Shown here piece by piece: positions 46,695 through 57,529 of a stretch of DNA of 64,000 nucleotides. The notes under the pieces are model-generated. The model worked only from the letters and a program-made list of their open reading frames with translations, searched no databases and was not told the origin of the DNA. The stretch is from Azolla caroliniana (lineage: Eukaryota; Plantae; Polypodiophyta), in assembly GCA_043228905.1 (NCBI GenBank), contig JBHGNT010000005.1, positions 10,850,001-10,914,000 on the forward strand, given 5' to 3'. The first letter of the stretch is position 1. Each line of letters starts with the position of its first letter. The position numbers and the translations under genes were made by a program.

Positions 46695-49058
46695 CTATTT
46701 CGTTCCAGAATTTGTATAAATGTTTGACATTAGAACATATGCCCTACTATCTGTCGGATACATTCTTGTCACATGGGAAAATACTTGTTTGGCCATTTCC
46801 ATATTGCTATGGATATGACAAGCACCTAATAAGCTGACCCAAACGGCCAAATCGACCTGCTGCTGTTTTCTGGCAAGGATACTCTCTACTCTTTTGAAAT
46901 CTCCTGCCCGACCAAAAAGGTCAATCATAACACCAATATGCTTTAAATTCCTCATGATTCTATACATTCTATTCAAGAGGACAAAATGCTTTATACCTTC
47001 ATCAACAAGGCCAGTATGGCTGCAGCAAGTTAGAATTAGAGCAAAAACAAAGTCATCGAGTTTATGATTTGCTGTCACCATTTCCTTAATCATACAGATA
47101 CTCGTTTTGAAATCACCGCGATCTGAATAACCCGATAAGCATGAGGTCCAAGAAACTATATCAGCATGGGTCATCTCATCAAAGCATTCTTGTGCATCCC
47201 TCATACTTCCAGAACGCTCATATGCATGAATTAATACAGCTCCCAAAATCTGAAGATGCTCAAAACCACAACTAATTACATGAAAATGAAGCTTCTTACA
47301 TGACTCTAAGTTGCCTATTTCACTACAAGCTTGAATCATGCAAGCAAGTGTACCATCATTAATTATCACATTCTGCTTCATCATCTCAATATACAGTTCT
47401 AAAGCCTTTTCCCCTTTGCCCTCGGCTACATACATAGAGAGCATTGCATTCCATGATACAGCATCCCTTACATGTATCAATGCACCATTAAACACATTCT
47501 CAGCTTCAATTATGCGTCCACACTTGCCATACATACATAAGATAGCAGTCCTAACAAGTAAATCCGATGTGAAACCTCTTAAGCATGCATCTACATGCAA
47601 ACCCTGCCCAATCTCCAGTGATATCATTTTCATTGACCTTCCCTTAACATCAAGAGCTTCTTGCTTCTCCGCGAGGATGGAGCATGCCTGGAAGCCAACA
47701 ATGTAGGTTAAATGATTAGGGGTTGTACCATTGCTTTCCATTTGCATATATAGCTGCAATGCTCTCTCCCCTTGCTCGTGTTCAACATGTGCTGATATCA
47801 TTGCTGTCCATGTCACAACATCTCGGCAAGACAACAAACTAAACACATTTTCTGCCTCCAGCATATATCCGAGCTTCCCATAGACGCTTATGAGAGCAGT
47901 ACCCACAAATACATCTCGTTCATAGTTCTTCAAGCAAGCATCGCTATGCAAAGCTTGAGTGATTTCAGGGCACATCACTTTCAAAGCACACGATTCTTCC
48001 TCTATAAGGAGCCCACATGCTTGAAAAGCGATTGAAAATGTTAATTCATCTGGACTCACTCCATCCTTTTGCATTTCTTTGTATAACAGCAAACACTCTC
48101 GAGCTTGGCCATGTCCGAAATGTGCCGAAAGCATAGTATTCCAAGAGGTGGCTACTCGTTCAGGCAAAATAGAGAAGACGCGAAGGGATGCCTCAATTGC
48201 CCCACATTTACTATACATTACCATCAGAGTGTTCCTAAGAAGGGCATTTGAACTACACATTGGCTTTTTGTAAGCATCAGCATGAAGTGCCTTTCCAATT
48301 TCAAGACCAATAGACTTCCCAGACATTATAGACATTTCCTGGCTGATATGATGTTTTTTATTATCTGCAAGAGCACCACATGCCTGAAGAAGGATGACAA
48401 AGGTTAAGTGATTTGAACCACATCCTTCTTCTTGCATTTGTCTGTAGAGCTTCAAAGCCTTGTACACTTGGTTCTGTTTAACGTAAGCAGAGAGAATAGC
48501 GTTCCATGTAACTACATCCCGGTGAGGCAATGAAGAGAACACATTCTCTGCCTCGACTATATCTCCACATTTGCTATACATACTAACTATGGAAGAACCA
48601 ACGTGAACATCAGAACAAAAACCATTTCGGCGAGCATGATCATGTATCTTCTTTCCTTCCTCAAGTGAACCTATGGTAGCACAAGCTTTGAAGAGACAAA
48701 CAAATGTATAATGGGTTGGTTGAACACCATCGTCAATCATAGATTGATAAGCTTCAAGGGCAAATTGGCCTTCTTGGTTCTCTGTATATGCAGATATGAT
48801 GAATGTCCATATCAAAGCATTCCGACCGGATAACTTTGTGGATATCTGGTATGCATGGTTTACATCCCCACATGTTACTAATGTCTTCACCATGTGTTGA
48901 CCCATGTATGCATCCATATCAACATTATGAAGGACCATATGGGTATATACATCATTAGCATGATGAAGAGCCTTTCTCTTGCAACATGCTTTGAGCAGAG
49001 TAATGTAAGCCTTATCAGACAACCGAGTGTTGGCATGGGAAAGCTCATCCATCGCCAT
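46695..49058 (-). CDS. PLS-class PPR protein with truncated E domain (787 aa from the first in-frame ATG; true start may lie upstream)
   Basis: Repeated P/L/S motifs (SMYSKCG, VVTWNAILSAY). E1 VWVSLLGACHIHSN; ends YVLMSNIYTNSGTK, with no DYW domain. Confidence 0.92.
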   Translation of the reverse strand: MAMDELSHANTRLSDKAYITLLKACCKRKALHHANDVYTHMVLHNVDMDAYMGQHMVKTLVTCGDVNHAYQISTKLSGRNALIWTFIISAYTENQEGQFALEAYQSMIDDGVQPTHYTFVCLFKACATIGSLEEGKKIHDHARRNGFCSDVHVGSSIVSMYSKCGDIVEAENVFSSLPHRDVVTWNAILSAYVKQNQVYKALKLYRQMQEEGCGSNHLTFVILLQACGALADNKKHHISQEMSIMSGKSIGLEIGKALHADAYKKPMCSSNALLRNTLMVMYSKCGAIEASLRVFSILPERVATSWNTMLSAHFGHGQARECLLLYKEMQKDGVSPDELTFSIAFQACGLLIEEESCALKVMCPEITQALHSDACLKNYERDVFVGTALISVYGKLGYMLEAENVFSLLSCRDVVTWTAMISAHVEHEQGERALQLYMQMESNGTTPNHLTYIVGFQACSILAEKQEALDVKGRSMKMISLEIGQGLHVDACLRGFTSDLLVRTAILCMYGKCGRIIEAENVFNGALIHVRDAVSWNAMLSMYVAEGKGEKALELYIEMMKQNVIINDGTLACMIQACSEIGNLESCKKLHFHVISCGFEHLQILGAVLIHAYERSGSMRDAQECFDEMTHADIVSWTSCLSGYSDRGDFKTSICMIKEMVTANHKLDDFVFALILTCCSHTGLVDEGIKHFVLLNRMYRIMRNLKHIGVMIDLFGRAGDFKRVESILARKQQQVDLAVWVSLLGACHIHSNMEMAKQVFSHVTRMYPTDSRAYVLMSNIYTNSGTK

Positions 49059-50219
49059 GTCCAGGTCTACTTCTTCTTCCTCCTCCTCTTCTTTTTCTTC
49101 TTTTTCTCTGTGGCTGAGAGTACGAAGAGAATGAACATAGCGGGCAAAGAGATTAAACTCCTGGATATGGAAGGTGGGTAATAACGAAGGATCATGGCCA
49201 TGGTTGTGATAATAATGATCAGCATGGCCACGTTTAAGCTTCCTCCCGTAAAACAGAGTGATCCTGCAGAACCTCGTCGCGCTCTCTTGCTCTCGCTGTG
49301 CCTGTGTGTCTTTGCGTCTCTTCTGATGGCTATGGCTGCGTTCACACTAGGGTGGACGAAATTGGCTGCTTTTGTTACCACAAGTTGATCCGTTACCCGA
49401 TCAAACAGAGTTTCCTCGTCATCAAATGATCGTGCACTTTGGGGCGGTGGCAACAATCTAAAAGAGTTTAGAACTGCAATTCTGCAACCGAGTCTCGCCC
49501 ACTCCTAACTACTCTCGCTAAATTTTAAGCTCTTTCATAATAATTACAACTTACAAGGATTGGTTTGGACATAATTAACATGTCGCTAACTCATCGCGGG
49601 TTAACAGACCACATATTAACCCAACCCGCCACATGTGCAGGTTGTTAATGATTTCAAAGAAAAGTTTGCACTTAGCCGAGATACATTCAAGTGAGATGGA
49701 GAGCAAAAGATTTGTACAAGGTAGTTGATGTGGAAATGAATGACCTCTCTTCCCTCCCATTTGACGATGTCCCTTTCCTTCATCATTGTGTGAAAAGAAT
49801 ATAGGGCGTATGCCATGTTTACATTTATCAATTGTTAGGAAATAGGTCCCTCCTGATGGGAAGTGAGAAGAACAGTACTGATGAGCAAACTCGGCTGAGG
49901 CCGATAGGCCGAGGTTGAAAACCGGATGACGAGTACCCGGCTACGGAGAGCCGGATGGTGCAGACCCGGTGAGAACCGGATGATGAGTACCCGGCTACGG
50001 AGAGCCGGATGGTGCAGACCCGGTGAGAACCGGATGACGAGTACCCGGCTATGGAGAACCGGATGGTGCAGACCCGGTGAGAACCGGATGACGAGTATCC
50101 GGCAAGTGCCGGATGATGCAAGCGGTGAGAACCGGATAAAGAGACATATTTGTAAATATGTTTTTGAGAGTCCATCGTGGCTATATTTGTAAATAGCCAA
50201 AAAGTCATATTAGTATAAA

Positions 50220-50921
50220 CATAGATTGACATATTCGCATTCGTCGGGTTTCCCATTCGAATGCAAACGAATACGAATACGAATGGGTGGTCAAGTATTC
50301 ATTTAACTCAAAAAAAAAAAAACTATGTCTTTTTTAATTTCCTAGGATAAAAAAAAGGAACTTGACAAATAAATAGGGATAATAAAATAGGGACTTGGGG
50401 ATTTGACACTACTAAATTTTTATAATAAATGTATAACTTATAAGTTATAAGTATATATTCGTTTTATTTTTAATAAATAAATAAAATAAAATAAAGGCTC
50501 ATTAATTTCTCACTTTTTATTCCCTCAAAATTTATGGACATTTTTATTTTGACATTAAAAATAGTACTTCAAACTAATCATATATTTAGAGTTCATACTA
50601 ATCATATTTGTAAGTATAACTAAATTTTTATAATAAATGTATAACTTATAAGTTATAAGTATTCGTTTTTAAAAAATAAATAAATAAATTGATTAATTAA
50701 AATAAGTTTCATAAACTCTCTTGACATTACATATAATTTATTAATGAATAATTGTTCTTTTTTTGGTGAAATAAATTTATTTAAATAAATAAATAAACAT
50801 TATATATATTTTTTGCAAAACGAATGGGTTTTTAATATTCTTGGGGCCATTTCATATTCTCGAATATTGAGAATATTGCGCATGGAGAATATCACGAATA
50901 TCACGCATGTGTCAATCTATG
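50220..50921. mobile_element. hAT-type MITE (702 bp, AT-rich) inside the copia 5' LTR
   Basis: 12-bp TIRs CATAGATTGACA / TGTCAATCTATG and 8-bp TSD AGTATAAA (50212-50219 / 50922-50929). Absent from the 3' LTR. Confidence 0.93.
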
Positions 50922-53202
50922 AGTATAAATATGACTTAGGGCAAACTTATGATTAGAGTTACTGTCATTCTTGTTGGCGCAAGATTAGAGCGCGCAACTG
51001 TGTACAGAGAGAGTGAGAGAGAGGAAGAGGTCGTTGCCTCTAATTTGTAACCGCCGCCTGTGGTAAAGACAACAAGCTTGAGGTCGTGGCCTCTGTACTT
51101 TCTTATTGTACATTCTGACATAGTGATAGTTTGCGGTTTGTGGGCTGCCGTGGTTTTTCCTGAGTTTGGGTTTTCCACATAAACATCCTGTGTACTCTTC
51201 TGTCTATCGTGTTTGTGTTTCATTCCCTGTTTTCTGTGTTTTATTCTAGGCTCGGTTGTGGCCGAGCATTGTTCAAAGGGACCGTGTAGTCCCTGTCAAA
51301 GTGGTATCAGAGCGAAACGACACAGAAAATGGATGACTCGTTGGGAGGCATGTTCAAGCTCACCGGCTCCAACTATTCGGTGTGGAAGTCGAAGAGGAGG
51401 GACATGCTCGTGGTTAAAGATCTTTGGTTGTTGGTTTAGTTTGGGGACAAGAGACCAGACAAAATCGACGCCACGATATGGGAGGTGATGCACATGAAGA
51501 CAACGACTTACATACGGTGCTTCATCGACATGAGCCTATACAACAACTTCAATGAAGAGAGCAAGGCTCATGAGCTCTGGGAGAAAATCGGCATTATGTT
51601 TCAAAACAAAAATGTTGTTAACCAGGTTTCGGTATTCCGGAAGCTAGTAAGACTCCGGTCCAAGATGGCTCCAGCATGGCGAAGCACATGAATGCCTTCC
51701 AGGGGCTGATACACCAGGCAACATCATTGGAAGTACCTCTCACCGATGAGGTACTAGCGCTACTCCTGCTCGGTTCCCTCCCGGATAGCTAGGAGATGTT
51801 GGTTGTCACTTTGGGCAACGTCGAGCCGGAAGGGAAACGATTATCCCTAGCAAGAGTGAAGTCGAGCTTGCTAGATGAGGAGGCACGTCGGAAAGATAAG
51901 GATACGAGCTCCAACTCCAAAGCGCTCCTTACCAAATCGGAACGCGGAAGACAAAGGATTTGTAGCCCCCAGAACCGGGAAAAGTCGGGGACACGGTCTA
52001 AGTCAAGGGGGAGGCCTACTTGCTTCTATTGCGGCAAGCCGAGACACTTCCAAAAGAACTGTCAGCATTTCCGTAAAGACAAGGAAATCGACGGCACTGA
52101 TTCGAAGCGGACACCGGACTGGAACGGTAAAGACCGTAGGGGATCGGACCGAAAGGGAACGACGGCAATCGCGACAAGTGAAGAAGAGTTGATGCTCATC
52201 ACCGAGGAGAGTGAGATAAACCTTGTCGGCGACGAGATGACTTGGGTGGTCGACTCCGGAGCGTCATTCCACCTTACCTCGGACCGGAAGTGCTTCTCAT
52301 CCTACTCAGCCGGTGATCACAGCTGTGTCCGAATGGGGAATGAAGGTACATGCCGAATTGTCGGCATAGGAGGCGTGTGGCTGACAACACCAACCGGATG
52401 CAAACTGCTACTGAAGGATGTTCGACACGTTCCGGAAGTTCGTCTGAACCTGATATTAGCCGGTCGGCTAGATGATGAAGGCTACATGGGTAGCATCCGG
52501 AACGGTGTTATGAAATTCAGCAAAGGGAGCTTGATTGTGGCTCGGGCCCGGAAGGTCAACACGTTGTACCTGATGAATGTCCGGTTATGCCCGAAAGAAG
52601 TGAACGTGGCATCCGACACTGCCAGTGAGCTGTGGCACAAGAGACTATGCCACATGAGTGAGAAGGGGATGAAGAGGCTTGCAGACGAAAACCTCATTCC
52701 AGTGAAGAACGTGCACTGATTGTCTGACCGATAAACAAAACCGGACCTCTTTCCGATCGAGGCCACCGATTGTCATGATATGGCAAGACTCGAACCCATG
52801 ACCTTAGATTATATGGGTCAAGCTCTTGACCATTAGAACATCTATTGTAATACGTAGGATATTATTTTCATTTACATTTTATTATAGGAAATTAGTGTAT
52901 ATTCTAGATTTCTCTCGAACATTCTAGAAGCTTCAGGATTATTCCTGAAAACACTACAAAAGAGGGCACTAGGCATTATGTTGAACCAAATTGGTTCAAC
53001 GCCAGTCTTAAGCCTCCTAGTTACTGTACATTTTCTTCACATAATATATATATTTTCTTATCATCACACTCTCTCTCTCTCGATCTCTCTCTCCCTCCCT
53101 CTCACTCACTCTTTCCTTCTCTCGAGAGTTCTTCACCTCTCTTAGTACTAATACTTCTTTTAGTACTAAGTCCTTCTCTGTCTTAGTATTGTTCCTGACT
53201 GT

Positions 53203-53214
53203 TTGAACCGATTT
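53203..53214 (+). promoter_or_regulatory. Putative self-priming primer-binding site
   Basis: TTGAACCGATTT is complementary (one G:U pair) to AAATTGGTTCAA at 52988-52999, about 33 nt after the LTR TATA position. There is no TGG-type tRNA PBS. Confidence 0.75.
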
Positions 53215-56200
53215 TCCCTACCTTCTGTCTCTCTCATTTCCTACTAATCTCTTATTCCTCTTTTCTTTCATCCCATGGCCACTGTTAGCGCTGAAGAATA
53301 TCAATCTGTTTTCTCGGAATTTCAATGCTTGAAAGAGAAGTTCCATGCTTTGGAACAAGAAAACCAACGGTTGTTGGGGGATCTTCAGCAAATCTCCTTA
53401 GAAAAGCAGCAAACGCAACAACAGCATGGGGAACTTGCGTTACGCGTGCAACAACTCGAAGTAACCATCGTAGCGATGCAACAACAAGGGCCCGGAACAC
53501 AAGGGATTCATAAAGAACCCAAGATTGGCCTTCCCACGAAGTTCGATGGAACGCGATCGCAGTTTAGAGGGTTCCTTAACCATGTACGATTAGTTATTCA
53601 AATGCATCCTTCCCGGTATCCCACCGATGCATCACGAGTGGGTTTAGTAGGCACTTTGTTAAGTGGCTCAGCGTTGGCATGGTTCGCTCCACTATTAGGA
53701 AAGGAATCTCCGTTACTCAACAATTTTGAAGAGTTTCTAGGTGAGTTTAAAGCATGTTTTGGAGATACTGACAGCATCAGGACCACAATCAACAAAATTC
53801 GGCGATTACGCCAAGGTGACCGTCCAGCCTCCGCATACGCTGCAGATTTTCGCCTACTCGTCGCCGATATCCCTTGGGATGATCAAGCGTTGATGGAGCA
53901 ATTCCGTTATGGTTTACGCAATGACGTCAAGGATTTACTCTTGACGTTCCCCGAAGAGCCAAGTCCTTAACAGAAGCAATCAGTTGCGCGGTGAGATGTG
54001 ACAACTGCCTCTTTGAGCGACGTTTAGAACGACAACTACAGATGCCGAGGGCAAGATCAGAGCCCACCTACGTCTCAGTGGTAGCAAGACCTTTTCCGAG
54101 GGAGTCATATAATGCGCCTCCAGCGAATACTCCGACTCCGATGGAGATTGACACTACACGTCGTTGAGGGCCATTATCCGAAGAAGAAAAGCAGTGACGT
54201 CGTACAAATCGACTATGTCTTTATTGCGGTGGACCAGGACATATTGCAATAAATTGCCCCCATAGTCCAAGAAGACAAGTAAACCAAATAGTCGTTAGTT
54301 CTAATTGTACTAAACCCGAGCCTATTTCAGTAGGGATATCTGATAGTCCTAATAGTACTAATAGCTCAGATCTAGCAAACAGATTTGATGTCCTTAGTCA
54401 GTTAGAAGAAGAGTTAAACGACTAAGTCCAGCCAAAATAGGAGCCATTTGGTTGGATAGCCCTAGATCTGTGCAGCCCATTAGTGGTTCCATTCCCTCTA
54501 AGCAAGTTAGTGATGTGTTCGTAGCCCAAGTAATAGTTAGTACTAAAAGTACCCCTCCAGTACATGTCCTAGCACTCCTAGATTCTGGAGCTAACTCTTG
54601 CTTTATGGATAAGAAATTTGCTCAAGCTCATAAGATATCCCTAAGAAAACTCCAATGTCCAACCTCTGTAGTAGTCATTGATGGACGTCCCATTGCTTCC
54701 GGAAATATCATAGAAGAGTCAGAGCCCATTAATATTGTCCTAGATAACTTAGCATGTGTAGTATCATTTAATATTATTAGTATCCCAGAACATCCCATAG
54801 TTTTAGGATTACCGTGGTTCGAGTTACATAACCCAGACATAGATTGGAGAACAAGAGAAATCCGGTGCCGACAAACCCAAGGGTCAACTCAGAAGATGGC
54901 AACCATTTCGCTACGTCAGTTGCGTAAAGAAGGGCACAAGGAGGAAATGTTCCTCTTTGCAATATCAGTAAACCCCTCCAGCACCACTAAAGAAGGATCC
55001 ACCGTTCAACTTCCCGATAAGTATCATCATTACGCCAATGTGTTCGATAAAGTACAAGCCAACACACTTCCTCATCATCGACCGTACGATTGCCCCATCG
55101 ATTTACAACCGGGAAAAGAGCCGCCATGGGGACTGATCTACAATTTGTCACCGACCGAGCTGGAAGTCCTTCGGGCCTATATAGAGGAGAATTTGGAAAA
55201 TGGTTTCATCCGGCATTCGAAATCTCCAGCGGGCACGCCCATTTTCTTCGTCAAGAAAAAGGATGGATCGCTTCGTCTTGTTGTAGATTACCGTGGCCTA
55301 AATAAGGTTACAATCAGGAATAGGTATGCTCTTCCCCTTATCTCAAGTCTTTTAGAACGGATCAATGGTGCCAGGTTCTTCACGAAGATTGACTTACGGG
55401 GAGCATATAACCTCGTACAGATCCGACCAGGAGACGAATGGAAGACCGCGTTTCGCACCAGATATGGGCACTTCGAGTATACGGTCATGCCGTTCGGCCT
55501 CACTAATGCATCGGCAGTCTTCCAGCACATGGCTAATGATATATTCTGAGATCTATTGGATGATTGTTTGATCATCTATTTGGATGATCTACTGGTTTAT
55601 TCAAAGACCCAAGAAGAACATGATTCTCGTGTACTATTAGTACTAAAACGGCTTCGAGAACATGGTTTGTATGCAAAGCTGGAAAAATGTAGTTTCGGGT
55701 GCAACGAAGTGGAATTTCTCGGCTACATCATTTCGTCAGAAGGCATCTCCATGGACCCAGCTAAGGTCAAAACGGTGGTAGAATGGCAGACTCCGCGTTC
55801 AGTGCGGGATGTGCAATGCTTCCTAGGCTTTGCCAATTTTTACCGGAAGTTCATACAAGATTACTCAAAGATCGTTCTACCTCTCACACAACTTACCAGG
55901 AAGGGACAACCGTTCATCTGGTCTGAAGAAACGGATGTGGCTTTCGAGAGTCTTAAAAAGGCATTTACCTCGGCTCCAATTCTAGCTCATGTCGATCCGG
56001 AAAAACCATTCATTATCGAAGCTGACACATCGGATTTTGCATTGGGGAGCATTCTGTCACAACAGGGGAATGATGAGAAGCTACATCCTGTGGCTTTTCA
56101 CTCACGCAAGATTGACGCCGCCGAAATCAACTACGAAATTCATGACAAGGAGCTATTGGCAATAGTGGATTCTTTTATGCAATGGAGGCATTTTCTGGAG

Positions 56201-57115
56201 GGATCCTCTCATCCGGTCACCATATTTAGTGACCACAAGAACCTTGCCTACTTTCAGGATGCTCGTGTGTTGAATCGACGTCAAGCTCGGTGGGCCCACT
56301 TCCTCACGCGTTTCGACTTCAAAATTACATATTGTCCGGGGAAGCACCAAGGGAAGGCAGATGCATTATCACGACGTTCGTATCTAGCACCCCGTCCCGG
56401 CGAGCCAGCTTTCGATAACCAAAAACAAGTCCTCTTGGGACCGGCACGACTACAAGCAACACAGATCTTTGACATGCCAATGGATTCCCGCGTTATCGAT
56501 ACCATACGTGAAGACTTGAAGACAGATGCGTTCGCCCAAGCTATACTAGCACAAATTGATCCCTCTCGAGCGTCGTGTTCACAGTCGCAACCACCAGGTA
56601 CGGACTATCGGCAATTCAAATACCATGATGGATTACTCTTCTTTAAAGAACTTTTGTATGTTCCTAATGGTTCTTGCTGCCTTCGAGTAGTTCAAAACTG
56701 CCATGACACATATACAACTGGGCATTTTGGTAGTACTAAAACATTACATTTAGTACAACGATCATTCTGGTGGCCCTGTATGCGACAATTTGTCGAGGAT
56801 TTTGTTCGGACTTGTGATACATGTTGCAGAGCGAAAATGCCAAGGCATCATCCATATGGTTTATTAGAACCATTACCAATTCCAAGCAAGCCGTGGCAAT
56901 CCATTGCTCTAGACTTCATCACAAATCTTCCAGTCTCTAAGGGGTTCAATGCGATTCTAACGGTGGGCGATCGATACACGAAGATGGCTCATTTCTTGCC
57001 ATGTACTAAGGAGACCTCCAGTGAAGACACTGTCGAAATTGTCATGCGTGAAGTATGTCGACATCATGGACTTCCCGATAGTATCATCAACGACCGTGAA
57101 CCCCAGTTCGTGTCA

Positions 57116-57529
57116 AAATTCTGGAAGCACCTTTTTAACATGCTCAAGGTCTCTTGTAACCTCTCCTTCGGCTACCACCCACAAACCGACGGCCAAGCTG
57201 AACGAACAAATCAAACGCTGGAGCAGTATCTGCGGTGCTTTCTCAGTTATCATCAGGACGACTGGGCAAATATTCTTCACTTCGCCGAATTTGCCTATAA
57301 CAACTCTATCCACGCATCCACTAAATTCTGGAAGCACCTTTTTAACATGCTCAAGGTCTCTTGTAACCTCTCCTTCGGCTACCACCCACAAACCGACGGC
57401 CAAGCTGAACGAACAAATCAAACGCTGGAGCAGTATCTGCGGTGCTTTCTCAGTTATCATCAGGACGACTGGGCAAATATTCTTCACTTCGCCGAATTTG
57501 CCTATAACAACTCTATCCACGCATCCACT
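57116..57529 (+). repeat. In-frame 207-bp (69-codon) tandem duplication in the gypsy integrase core
   Basis: KFWKHLFNML...YNNSIHAST occurs twice and looks identical at DNA level. Confidence 0.95.

Noticed and set aside
49921-50135. Regular 54-bp repeats resembling a CRISPR array
   Set aside because: There are no unique spacers, the repeats lie in the LTR U3 and recur in the 3' LTR, and the context is eukaryotic with no cas genes.
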